64,000 nt of DNA from NCBI GenBank assembly GCA_043228905.1, contig JBHGNT010000010.1, positions 4,774,001 through 4,838,000 of the forward strand. The letters are read 5' to 3'. Position numbers and translations under genes: made by a program. Below, in pieces: positions 1-12,086 of the stretch. The stretch comes from Azolla caroliniana. Taxonomy: Eukaryota > Plantae > Polypodiophyta. Under the pieces are notes generated by a model, which saw only the letters and a list, made by a program, of their open reading frames with translations, was not told the DNA's origin and ran no database searches. Each line of letters starts with the position of its first letter. Position 1 is the stretch's first letter.

Positions 1-1337
1 ATGTGCGAGTGTGCGGTTAACAACAACATGCGTGTGTAGGAAAGCGTGGTGCGAGAGACAACAAAAAAGACAAAGATGAACAATGACACGACCGGACAGA
101 TAGCGACGGAGAAGGAACCGGCATAGAAACTTGGTATACAAGTAACATAGAGGGAACCGGTGCCAACACGACCAGAAAGAGAAGGCCACCAGGAGACTAC
201 GGAGGAAGACGTAGTGTGTGGAGAGAATGCCAGTAGGAAATGCTTAGAATGCATAGGAGATGGTTCCAAAAGAAGCAACGCGGAGATAGCCGAGACCGGA
301 ATTTGGAAAAGAAAGCCAAGGGGAAGAAATACATACGACCCGGAGACAGGAACCAGTGGAGTCCGCTCTGGAAAAAACGACCAAACCAATTAAAATCAAG
401 CTGCACCGACAAGACAGGGACATAGACGACCTAGTTAGGGTGAACACAGGAACCACGAACGAAGAGGTGGAAGAAGAACCAGCCGAAACCCTCCAACATC
501 AGCCAAGGAAGCACGACACAGAGTAGCAGGGGAAAGAATCGGGTCCGACACAGGACAATACCCTGAAGACCTGTTCAGTAGTGGTAGAATCCAGGACAAA
601 GGAAGAGCCGGGAATAAGACCAGAAGCGATGACAGAGGTTCCTTAGGAACCGGTTACACAAAGTCGGACCTCACTGGGTCTTCAAGAGCAGCATCACGAG
701 GAACACTGTCCGGAGCGGACACTAGAACCACCGACCCAATGGCTCAGGGAGGAGCATGAACCAAGACCGGAGCTAGTGTAGCAGTTTGCTGCGCTAACAC
801 AACACGGAACATGCCGCCAATGGTTAAAATGGCTTGGAGAGCAAGTAGCCGGGGTGGCCGATCGAATGGAGGATGAATAACGGTAGGCCATAAGTCAGGA
901 GAAACGGTTGCTAGCCACAACCGAAGAATTAGAGAAGGCCCGAGCATAGATCCAGAGCCTAGAAGAAGAGTTAAAAAGGGCCAAGGAATACGCGATCGTC
1001 ATGGCCAACATGAGCCAAACTACAAGTGCAGTAATGGAACCGGTGCAACCGGCTAATCTACAGAAGGAAACTCCGAAAACAGAGGCACAGCCGGTGGGGA
1101 GTATAGCCCCGGAGAAAGATGCAAAGCAAGAAAAGGAAATGTTAAACTTAAGGGAAGCGCTCCCAACTCAAGAAGCATTGTAGGAAAGAGAGAGAGCACA
1201 AAAGTAGACAACCGAAGAGGAGAAGCGGAGACTAGAGGAAAATCTCCGGAAAAGTCACGCAAATAACAACAGGCTGAAGGAGGAAAGAGAAAAATTGTTG
1301 CAGGAAAAGGTTAAGCTCCAAAGAATGGCGGAAACGG

Positions 1338-2243
1338 TGTCGTAGTGTAATTCGCACACTACGTGAAAAATTACATTTTTGGTTTCTCCGGATAGGATAT
1401 GGAGTACCTAGTGAGAACCGGAAGGAAGAATCGATGAGGACTGAAACCGGTAAGGAGACCGGCAAGAGCCGGATGAAGAAGGCCGGTGAGAGTCAGTGAG
1501 AAACGGATGAAGAGGACCGGTAAGAAGAATCCGGTAAGAACCGGATAAAGAAAACCGGCGAGAACCGGATGAAGCAGAACCGGCAAGAGCCAGATGAAGA
1601 AGGCCGGTGAGAGTCTCTCACCAGATGAAGAGACATATTTGTAAATAGAAGAAAGTATAAATTATATATTACATGCATAGGGCAAGAATCGAACCTTGCA
1701 CCTCCATGTTAATAATGTTAAGCCTTATCATTATACTAGCGTATTATGAATTTTAAAGTTATACTAAACTTTATCCCATGTAAAATTTCTAGACATGCAT
1801 GGTACAAAAAGTTATTCATGCATAGACACTCGAGTTAAAAGAAAAGATGAGATAGAAAGCTAATCATGCACATGCAGTGTGCATGAAAACTAAAGATAGG
1901 AAAAGCATGATGCTTGCATGTGATAAACTTAGACTCTTCCAACACTATATAAGGAAGAGAGAAAGATGTATAGAGGTTGTTGATTATTTTACAAGGATTT
2001 TGATCAATCTAATATATTCGTGGGATTCACGATTTTTTTCCATCTATTTCTCTCTTACATTCTAAGTATCAATTAATACACTATACTCGTGGGATTCACA
2101 AGGTTCATATCTTCTTTCAAATATTTCTCTTTCTTGCAATCGATTCATAAGGAGCCTTATCTCATATCCGTCTTTCTCCTAGTCCAAAACCTCAGCAGTT
2201 CCCACCCGACTCACGCAACGATCTGGAGTCGAAAGGCACAACA
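1338..2243 (+). mobile_element. Solo LTR (~906 bp), TGTCG-type family
   Basis: Starts TGTCGTAG and ends CACAACA. Flanked by a perfect 4-bp duplication ACGG (1334-1337 / 2244-2247). Removing it restores the host ORF. TATA-like TATATAAG near 1946. Confidence 0.75.
1408..1632 (+). repeat. Degenerate tandem array of GAGAACCGGATGAAGA-type units inside the LTR
   Basis: Repeated AACCGG(A/T/C)AAGA and CCGGATGAAG motifs, reverse-complement similar to the 59260-59600 array. Confidence 0.7.
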
Positions 2244-3361
2244 ACGGAAATAGAGCGGCTTAAGGAAAAAACCTGGCAGCAAAAGGATCAGGAGGATCGG
2301 GCACGCTCTCAAATCAGCCGACGCCTTAAGCAAAAAACGGAGGATTTCGAAAAATTGCACCGGGACAACAAGCATCTAGACGCAGAACACAAGAAGCTTG
2401 GGTCAGAATTTGACCGGCAACAAGAAAAGATGAAAGAAATCCGAACGGAGATGGCCAAGTTAATAGAGGAGTTGGTGAAGGAACACACCTAGGCGGTTGC
2501 TACGACAAAGGCACTGGTAGAAGTGGCGAAGGAAAGAACGAAGTTGAACCGAAAGCACTATGAAGAAACGAAACGGGCAAAATTGGCCTTGGATAGGGTC
2601 CAAACCACCTACCAAAACCAATTGCTGAACTATGAAGTGCAAGCTCAGGCTACCGATGCTCTCATCAAGAAAATGAAGGACGAAAAGAAGGTTCTCAAGG
2701 ACAGTATCAAGCTCGGTATGGAACGAATACGGATGATAATCACGACATGGAAGAACCGAACAAAGGCAAATATCGACGATTGCTCGATGACTGTGTGGAT
2801 GCCATGGTCACAACAGGCAGCAAAATTACAAGTGCTCCGAGCAGATGCGGAGAACCGGAAAAAAATAGGGACAATTTCTACAAGTTGGACGAAGAAAGTA
2901 TAGTCACCATCCGGGAGGAATTGTTGGACGACTTCTTCTCCTTGGCTGAATCCCACCTTGAAGTTGTTCGGAGGATGATGGAAAGGCTTGAGGATGATAA
3001 ACTCGGAACACAACTTCAGTTCGAGCGATACGAATGGGAGCGCCGGCGGTTGGAAGCCAAAAAACGGAAGGCGGCAATAAATATAAGTGATGAGGAACCA
3101 CAACCGCAACAGGAGGGGCTGCTAAATGAAGTCGGAAGGGAACAACCAAGGGAAGCCGGTGTGGATTAGAACAAGGTGGTCGGGTTGGAGCAACAAGCAG
3201 GTACCAAAAAGAGTGTGAATGTCAAAACTGACGCAAGAATGGAGATGCCTCTACCGAAAGAAGCTAGAGAGCAACAACAACAATAGAATGAAGAACCACT
3301 CGAACAGGTGCAACAGGAGCAACAATAGCAAGAAGAGCAACAATAGAATGAAGAACCACCA

Positions 3362-5078
3362 AAGCATATTGGACATACTCGACGAAGATTGAGCCATATT
3401 TGAACCATCTCATCATCCTCCATGTTGACGCTTATTGAGCTGAGTGAGTCACAAAGCTCCTTGATCTTCAAGGTGTATCTTGTGATGGACATATCTCTTT
3501 GTTGGATATTATTCAACTCTTGGCGGAGTTGACGCTTTCTTGCGGTTGTATTGGCTGCGAAAATCTTCCTTAGATTCTCCCATGCTTCCTTTGGCGTCTC
3601 GGCTTCTCGAATGTAACCATGGTCATGAACACATGTTTCCAAGCAATACATCACTCGGCTTGCAGCTGTCATGAAGTAAGAAAGCTTCGCATTAAAAGTC
3701 TACAATAAGATAAATACGTAATTAAAATAAAATAAATTTTGATAATATTAACAACACACTATGATAATATTATACATTATATGTAGTGGCAAATAAATAA
3801 ATAAATAAATAAATAAATGTTACATTACATGGACGAGAGAGGACTTAAGCCAATAAACTCCACCTTATGACACTCAAACCTTACCATTTAGCCTATCATA
3901 TACGTTGTTTTATTTGAAGTATTATTTTCTAAACCATGTAATATACTACATGCACACCATATAGCATATCGCATGAACCAACAACCCCAACATTATGGCA
4001 TTTAAACCTTACCATTTAGCCTATACTTATAACATATATAAAACATATGTGTAGTAGTATTGTATGGTTTAAACCATGAAATGTACAACATGTGCACCAT
4101 ATAGCACACATGCAAGAGCCTCTCTGCATGTGCACCATATAGCACACATGCAAGGGCCTCTCTACATGTGCGCCACATGGCCCACATGTAGAACCATCTC
4201 TTCCCTATAAAAAGAGAAGGGAGTATGGTCACAAGGGAATTTGAAAAGAATTGAAATCGAAGAACTATATTGTATGATATATCAAGAGAATCAAATAGAA
4301 TTATATTACATAAGAGATACCATAAATTAGAGGAAGAAGGAAAGAAGTTTAACACATAAGAGAAGCTTTAGCTTGGTGGTTGTGGTGCTCAACTCTCAAC
4401 AAAAGGGAGGTGGTTCGAGTCTTATCTTCATCGAAATATTGAAGTGAAGATTGTTGTGGCCTATTCTTATCAAGAAAGAGAAGAGCAATTACCTTATGAG
4501 ACAAAGTTCGACGATTTAATGACGCTCGCAATCACTTTTGTAACTCTTTCATCAAATAATTATAAATTTCTTTTATTCCTTCACATATCATTCTATATCC
4601 TATCTTATCATATCTTGTTGATCTCTATTTACTCTATCTCTACTCTTTCGTCTCTTCCGTCCATAATCCCAGTGATTCCTTCATCACTTTCACGATATCT
4701 TTTGTCTATGTAACATTACGCTTCTAGGCGAGCCACGCCACGACACCGCTTGCTCCCATGTTAAGTAGTCGGCGTCTTTCGGGTCGGATAGATTTTTTTG
4801 TGCTCCTTTGATGTAGCTCCAATATCCTTGACCAACAAGGTATTGGTGCATCTTGTACTCCCAAGATGCAAAGTTGTTTCTAACTTCTCGCTAGGGAGAA
4901 GTCTCCCCATTTGAGTATTCATTATGTCGATGACACTTTCTTTCTTCTTTTCCTCATCTTTTGAACACGAACTATATAGCGACACTACGATAGTGGATAT
5001 CCGGATTTGTTGTCGGCGTATCGAACACACAACACGAGTGGATGGGCTAGATCGAGCTACCAAATTGCTCTAATACCA
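3362..5078 (-). mobile_element. Truncated Ty1/Copia 5' internal region (PBS plus gag), split by a solo LTR
   Basis: PBS TGGTATTAGAGC on the - strand at 5067-5078. gag remnants IMNTQMG..LPSEKL, YLTWEQ|AASRVMYCLETCVHDH and ANTTARKRQLRQELNNIQQ are homologous to the gag at 53592-54000. Confidence 0.8.
3667..4745. mobile_element. Solo LTR (~1079 bp) inserted in Copia gag
   Basis: Termini TGTCATG...CACGACA (6/7 inverted match). Flanks CAGC/CCGC. The gag reading WEQ-AASRV is restored on removal. Internal short duplications at ~3875-4170. Confidence 0.7.
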
Positions 5079-5539
5079 TGTAAAGATTCGGGTATGATTT
5101 TGTGCAGCGGAAGAGATATGTGTTATGTGTATACATGAGAGGAAAGAGAGGAAAGAAAAGAAAACGCAAGATAGATAAGAGAGAAAAAATGAAGTAATCA
5201 AGAAGAAGATTAACAAGGAGAATATCAATTATAAAATGTAGCATTACAAGGAGTCACAACCGACACTATATGAAGTAGGAGGAGGGTGCTTTATATAAAG
5301 TCATCCTCTCTCTTCATTAACTCACTACAACATCCACTCTCTCTTTAGAACCTTGAGGAATGTGAAGATTAATTAGTCATGGGGAATATGGAACTCATTA
5401 GTTATGTGTCATAGAATATGATTCTATAATACATAATTAATGTGTAGAGAGTAGTGGTGTGACTTTTAACCTTTGAATGCTCATAGATTCTCAAAGGGTG
5501 CGTTCACACACAAGGCTAGGTTGAGCTTGATTCTCAACA
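5079..5539 (-). mobile_element. 5' LTR of the minus-strand Copia element
   Basis: On the - strand it starts TGTTGAGAATCAAGCTCAAC (cf. TGTTGAGAGTCGAACTCAAC at 60639) and ends TTTACA directly before the PBS. Confidence 0.7.
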
Positions 5540-5685
5540 AAAACATACAACTTAACAAAAAATTACATGTAAACATATATTCTTCACATAAACTCACACA
5601 AAAACAAATGCATACACATAAACACAAACACCCATTCATACATACATGTTTGCATATGAATGTTCATTCATACACACACTCACGT

Positions 5686-5770
5686 TGTCGTGAAGATTTT
5701 CGGCAACGGTGAGAAAATAGGGTAGGGCGAATAAAACAGGGATGTGCAATGATTTGCACATGCACATGAG
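5686..5770 (+). mobile_element. Short 5' fragment of a TGTCGTG-family LTR
   Basis: TGTCGTGAAGATTTTCGGCAACGGTGAGAAAA matches the LTR starts at 52203, 53057 and 55228. Right end uncertain. Confidence 0.5.
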
Positions 5771-5776
5771 AAAATG

Positions 5777-5807
<31 letters not shown>

Positions 5808-6901
5808 ACATAGAGAGTTCATTAATCATTATGTTGTCCTAGATAATATATATCAAAGTATCCACTTCCACATGAGATCATTTGAGTTCAATTGACACAA
5901 CCCTCCCTCCTTGACAATAGAAGCATAATTTGTTCCATCAGTCCAAAACAATCATCGATACCGCGAAACCCTTACATATACTGGTTATGATTTAGTGAGT
6001 TCTAACATTTTAGTCCAAACTTTGTTATTGGTCAGCTCTCACAAATGTGAAAAAGGTCAAGGCAAAAGAATGGTATTAAAAAGAAAAACAAATATACAAC
6101 AGTTAAACATGTAGATATTGATAGTTATGTGATCAATTTAGGAAACTAGCATACATATTATTTTTCATTCACTACAAAATGAGCAACCATGCAAGATAAT
6201 TAATCCTTAGCACCCCCATAATAATAAAAACAATAGAGGCTAACCATGAGACAATCTATTAAGAATGTCATGCTCTTGCAATAATCGAAAGATGCATTCT
6301 TTTCCTTCTCCTTGCAAAGAAGAAAGCCACCTTACTAAAATAGAAACATGGCGAGAAATGATTTCCATGATCTAATGTTGGTATGACACATATGCCTTAT
6401 ATCCTTGTACACACAGTCTTTGTTGTCATCGGCATTCCTCTGCTTTCCCAAGTTTACCCCTCAAGTTGTTGTCAATGGAGGTATGAAGCTATGGAAGAAA
6501 CCATGTGTAATTGCCATTGCTTCCCACATGATAATACAAGTTTCCTTTCATTTACTCATCTAGGTCTCAAGCATAAGCCGTTCACATTTGACATTTTCCA
6601 ATTAATCTTATTGTATTTCGTTGTCGATTTAAGGACTTTCATATAAATATATTAGATAAAAAAACAAAGAATGGCAGCCCAAACCTACAATATATCCATC
6701 ATACATCTTGAATTTCCAATAGAAATCGATCTTCTTGCACACAATGTTCATGATTTTGTATATTATGTGTGCAACAGAAATTTTCCTAATGCAACATAAA
6801 TGTTACCGCCATCACATCCACCAAAGATGTCTTTCCATCATTTTGACCCAATTAAGGAAAGCTCCATTTCCTGCTGGAAGAAAATGCTACAATTATCCAA
6901 T

Positions 6902-6905
<4 letters not shown>

Positions 6906-6966
<61 letters not shown>
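6906..6966. repeat. (CT)n microsatellite
   Basis: About 30 perfect CT units. Confidence 0.95.
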
Positions 6967-6969
<3 letters not shown>

Positions 6970-7477
6970 GGTTTTGCAATATCCCAAAGGTCAAAAGTAG
7001 AATAAGCCATTAAGTATAACGTTTCAAGGCTCTACAACAGTAACCTCTACTTCCACTCCAGGTTCAATTGTGATGGAGGTAATCTATTTAACAACCTCAA
7101 AAGAAATATGGAGGTCAATTACTCTTTTATGCACTCAGAGCTCAAACCTGCCAAAAATATCTGTTCCTTCACCACAAGGAGACTTGTGAGTTGTAATGTG
7201 AAGCACCTTGGTAAGCATTCTGATAGGTCTTTCATTTTAAGCATCTTTTCCTTGGCAACATGAACCAAATCAACACAAACTTGTTCTAAAATTTTAATAC
7301 TCATTGAAGAAAGAGTGATAGGAATCTTGTGTAATGCCTCATGTGGTTCTTAAAAACCCAACTTTCCAGGCTTCACAACTGATGGCATAGTCATTACCAT
7401 TCAGTATAATCGATCCCCCGAGACAGACACCAATAAGGTCGCTTGTTGAGTGGCGGAAAGAGAAGCTATTTTTGCCG

Positions 7478-7512
<35 letters not shown>

Positions 7513-8099
7513 GTTTTGGTCTTTCTTGAAGTGTTAGGTTCTTTAGTTTCCCTCTCTTGGGGGATTTAAGGTTTGTGGTTGATTAGGTTCTTTGTTCATT
7601 AAGGTTTCTTGAGCAAAAACGCTCTTAGGGTCCGGTAGTCTCTCTGGGTTTCTTGAGCTCAAACCGCGAGCCCAAGAGGTTCCCGACATGAGGCTTGTCT
7701 GTGGATGTTCATAGTGTCTTTTGTCACTAATATAGTCCAATCGTGATGTCCTCGAATCTTTGTTGATTGTTTTGTCATTCTTTCTCTCTCTCTATCGGAT
7801 TCTCTATATGTGCATGTGTTCCCTTCACTCTGTTGGATATTGCCATGGTCAAATATTTTCATTTTCCTAATGCTAAGATATGCATGATGTTGGATAATCA
7901 TATATGTATCTCTCTTACATCTAATTGTAACTATTGACATCCCCCTTTTCTGTTGACTTCGTCTCCTCTTCTATAGAGGGACTTAGAGGTGATGGTCATA
8001 CCATCTCCATCATATGCAAGTATAACATTGATGTTGTATTGGCCACATTAAGTACTTGCTTACAAGTCATTGACTTTGGTTTTTAAGAATATTCCTTAA

Positions 8100-9500
8100 C
8101 ACTCATCAATTACATCATAGTTTATTCCTCAACTACATCGTAATGATTGGCAATTAATTTTGTAATTACAAATCCATCGGATTGTCAACAACGAACTACT
8201 CCATAATTTAAGCATGAAATGGTCTATAATGCCGATAAGTTCAATTCTATGCATTGAGCTAAAAGTTTGCATTCCATGACCAACAAATCCACTCCATCTC
8301 GAGGCCAATGTTCTAATGACCAACAAATTCACTCCATCTCGACTCCTTGACACCAATGGCTTGTATATTTTCACCCATGATACACCAAAAATCTAGTAGA
8401 TGTCCTAAAAGACGTAGTTTGTCCAAGGAAGTGACGACTATTTTCCTCCTGGATGTGGAGCTTACATTCACAAGTTTCCTTACATTCTTTGAAGAAAGAT
8501 CACAATCATGATTTTAATATATCAAGGACAAATCATCGACTCAAGACATAATGTGACAAAAGCCATCCTAGTGGAGGCTAATACCTCTAGATCTAACCAA
8601 TTGCATGCAAACTCTCTTCCATGTAAGTTCTCCATTTCCCATCTCCTCGAGATGAGAGCAAAGAAGAATTACGTCACTAAGGACCCACTCGAAGTACCTC
8701 ACTTGATGCAATTACCCACAGATCCATCAACTGCCACCATCAACACCTCACAAATGAAGGAATGGCTTGGAGAATTGCCCAATTTCTTTAAATATGGATG
8801 ATTTGTGCTTCCCATTCTCCTTTTCCTACAAACAATTGTTCTCATTGTATGCCCTTTTGACTCAATAACGAGGTTATGTATCATCATTTCACACTCCATG
8901 TCCCAAATGTGGGGTGACACGCCATCTACTTCATTGATGTCGCCTATCGTAGGTTTTGTAGTTGCAAAGATAATCTAAGAGGCAACCAAACTTGTTTAGC
9001 TATAACATGAAATTTGGACAACATCAATGGAGGAAGGTCATTCAAAAAGGAATGAAAATTGAGTCCATTCTTACCATTGCGACATTCATTGTCATCCTTA
9101 CCAAAAGCAAGATCATAGTCATAGTCTAATCATGCTAGAGGAAAGGGGATCCCCATCCACCCTTATAAGCCAAAGATTGTTCCTCTAAACCCCAAACAAC
9201 AACTTTAACCACCCATCAATAAGACAATATTGTCACAAGAGGAATTATTGGGGAGCATATCCTCTTCTATGCTCATGACCACCTCACTATCAATGTGGAG
9301 CCATCAATACCAAAAAATGTGGGGGTAGACCACAATGGAGCTCATATAGATCTACACAAAGGAACTTGATCACCAACTCTAAGTGCAGCCAACAAAACCT
9401 CAAGCTTGTATTGCCTACATATTGCCCTCCACACATTTTATGTGTGGTCCCATCCTTGGTGACCCTAGGTTTACATTGTGTACCGTTTTCTTCCACCATA
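8100..9500 (-). mobile_element. Highly degenerate Ty3/Gypsy pol (integrase-like) remnant
   Basis: Faint motifs on the - strand (IIDHF; a possible H..HF zinc-finger-like segment near 8400-8460) with many frameshifts. Boundaries approximate. Confidence 0.3.
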
Positions 9501-10131
9501 GAGTTTGTGGTAAATTTTGAAGAGCATCTAACCTAAATCAAAATCTTCATTCTTTTAGGTGAAAAAGTGAACACTTGAATATGCAAGACACTATGTAGTA
9601 TTTTTCTTTGGCATAAACTTAATAGAATGTGTCACGTGTATCTTAAAAGAACTCTTCTGACCACATCGATTAAATCGAAAAAGAATGAAATTTATGAAGA
9701 TATGGTTCAATTCTCATAAAACTAGCACAATATGATTTCGGGTGTATGGAGATATGTGTTTCTTTCTATGTGATATGTCTACACTTAATCTTCTCTTATT
9801 TTGCCTTAATGTTATCGTTACCTAATAAAACATGAGAGAGAAGTATTCGATCAAATAAGGTTTCGGAATTACTTTTCAACAAAAAAGCATAATTAATCAT
9901 CTTTAAAGAAAAATCGAGGTGCAAAGTATGCATTTTAAATATCGTAGAAACAAAGTGTTATAGCTACCTACATAACACAAGCTTATAAAGGATTCATATA
10001 TGAGTAAGACACAAAGAGTATGTAAAGATGTCACAAGTGCATAGAGACAAGTGACTTAGTATGAATGCAACACACAAACATTTTCAAGAGATGAGTGTAA
10101 TTCCATAACTCATAGATAGATAGATATATTA

Positions 10132-10444
10132 GGGAAAAGTACCAGGATACCCCTGGAAGTTCTTCTATTTACCAGAATGCCCCTGGAAGTTCCAAATTTA
10201 CCAAACTACCCCTATGTCTAAAAAATTACACTTTATAAAGTAATTATACACTCAAATCTTTGGTAAATAGGGCTAGTTCGGGTTCATTTCTTCCATCTTT
10301 GGTAAATAGGGCTTGTAGATTTGAGTGTATAATTACTTTATAAAGTGTAATTTTTTGGACATAGGGGTAGTTTGGTAAATTTGGAACTTCCAGGGGCATT
10401 CTGGTAAATAGACGAACTTCCAAGGGTATCCTGGTACTTTTCCC
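10132..10444. mobile_element. Fold-back non-autonomous DNA transposon (Mutator-like MITE), 313 bp
   Basis: 128-bp near-perfect inverted arms (10132-10259 / 10317-10444, about 3 mismatches) starting GGGAAAAGTACC, with internal CCCCTGGAAGTT subrepeats. AT-rich imperfect TSD (TATATTA/TATATTT). Confidence 0.85.
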
Positions 10445-11585
10445 TATATTTTACTAACACCCACGAAGATCGAATATGAACTAATAATGGAGACAACTAA
10501 GGACAATCATTTATGTAAGACATACAGACAAAGGGCAAGGGTGCTCACTTGATATGAATATTGATCACTCGGTGAGAAGTGACTATGCAAATGTACCCCT
10601 CTCTGTCTAGATTCCTCTCTAAATGAGGCCTTTTTGCAACGCCAATGTATCATGACATCGAAAAATGTGGCGGCTCATGCTTCGCATATTATACTACATA
10701 TGGTGCACCTAACTACAAAAACCATATTTTTCACTAAACAAGGAAACCGGACACATCAATACATGTTCGAGCCCATCTTGTTGTTTTCCATTTGACTTAG
10801 CTCTGACACATTGCGATGTGAGATGGGGCATTGGGGCACATGTGATGAGAGTAGTCAGCTATGCACAATTTGCCCAAGAACAAAACAATGTGCACTCTCC
10901 ATTCCAACATTCATTGGTAATGTTCTTGAACATCTTCGAGAGTCGCTACTCACTTTCATATATATTACGTGAAATGTAATATTTTTTGTGTCATTGGCCA
11001 TACATGACCTTGGAAGACGATGATAATAAGATATATATATATATATATATATTATATAGGTATGTATATAAAGCAAAAAAATTGCATGCACCTTAGCTTG
11101 TGTCAATCCATGACTTGAAGCATACATTCCAAGTCTAGTTTCATGTTTTTGGTGGTAACTGTTGAATGTTGAGACATTCGATGTGTCGTCAGTGTGGTTG
11201 CGTGACCTTAACAATCATAGTGGCTGATGCAATTGTTCTCGGCCCGGGACATCGAATCGCTAATAATTATAGGAGTGATTCATGTGGTGGTTCATCCTCG
11301 TACTAGGGCTACGAACGTACACAGATGAACTAACCCATTACCGACATGATGACCCACAATTGTGGTGGCGAATTGTGGGGGGATGAAGTGACGGATCTTG
11401 AGTGCTAGCTAGCGAGGCAAACTGTGATTCGAAGGGATGTCTGAAGGAATTGAATGGATTGTTGTCATGGTTTTCATGATTGAGAGAATGTTTGGTTATT
11501 GGGTTTGTTGGTTGGTTCTTGTTGGCAAGTGTTGGGGGATCATATTGATGGAGTAAGCAATGGGCTTCCCATTCATTCAATCATA

Positions 11586-11588
<3 letters not shown>

Positions 11589-11652
<64 letters not shown>

Positions 11653-11740
11653 CATATATGTATGCATATCTATATATGTATGTATGTATGTATGTATATG
11701 TATATGTATATTTATACGTATATGTATATGTATATATAAC
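11589..11740. repeat. Compound microsatellite (CT)n(AT)n(ATGTAT)n upstream of the IQD gene
   Basis: Directly visible. Confidence 0.9.
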
Positions 11741-12086
11741 TATATAAAGGGATGGATCATTACATAGAAGTGATAGAACACACACATAATACATGTATAC
11801 AAACATATATGTTTATATATATACTTAACCATGGCTTAATCACATCATCCCACTGCTTAATCCCATGATTAAGATTCAATCTATGGCAGCCTAATCCTGT
11901 GACCATTCCATTGGTTAGTCCCACTATTAAGGCTCAACCCCTGGACTTAATCGCATCGATCCATTTGTTAAACCACATCATTAAGGCTTAACCCATACAT
12001 CATTAAGCCCCATCCAGGGGCCTAATCACGCATCATTAACAGCCCTAATCCCAAATGATGCCTTCATGTTACATCGTTAAGCAGTA

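Larger units (their letters stand above)
1..3360 (+). mobile_element. Decayed long E/K/Q/R-rich coiled-coil ORF, probably an accessory ORF of a retroelement, interrupted by a solo LTR
   Basis: Purine-rich strand with ORF fragments 1001-1183, 2523-2903 and 2747-3169. The frame continues across the 1338-2243 insertion (KVKLQRMAET|EIERLKEKTWQQ). Scattered stops. No recognisable domain, so TE origin is inferred from context. Confidence 0.45.
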
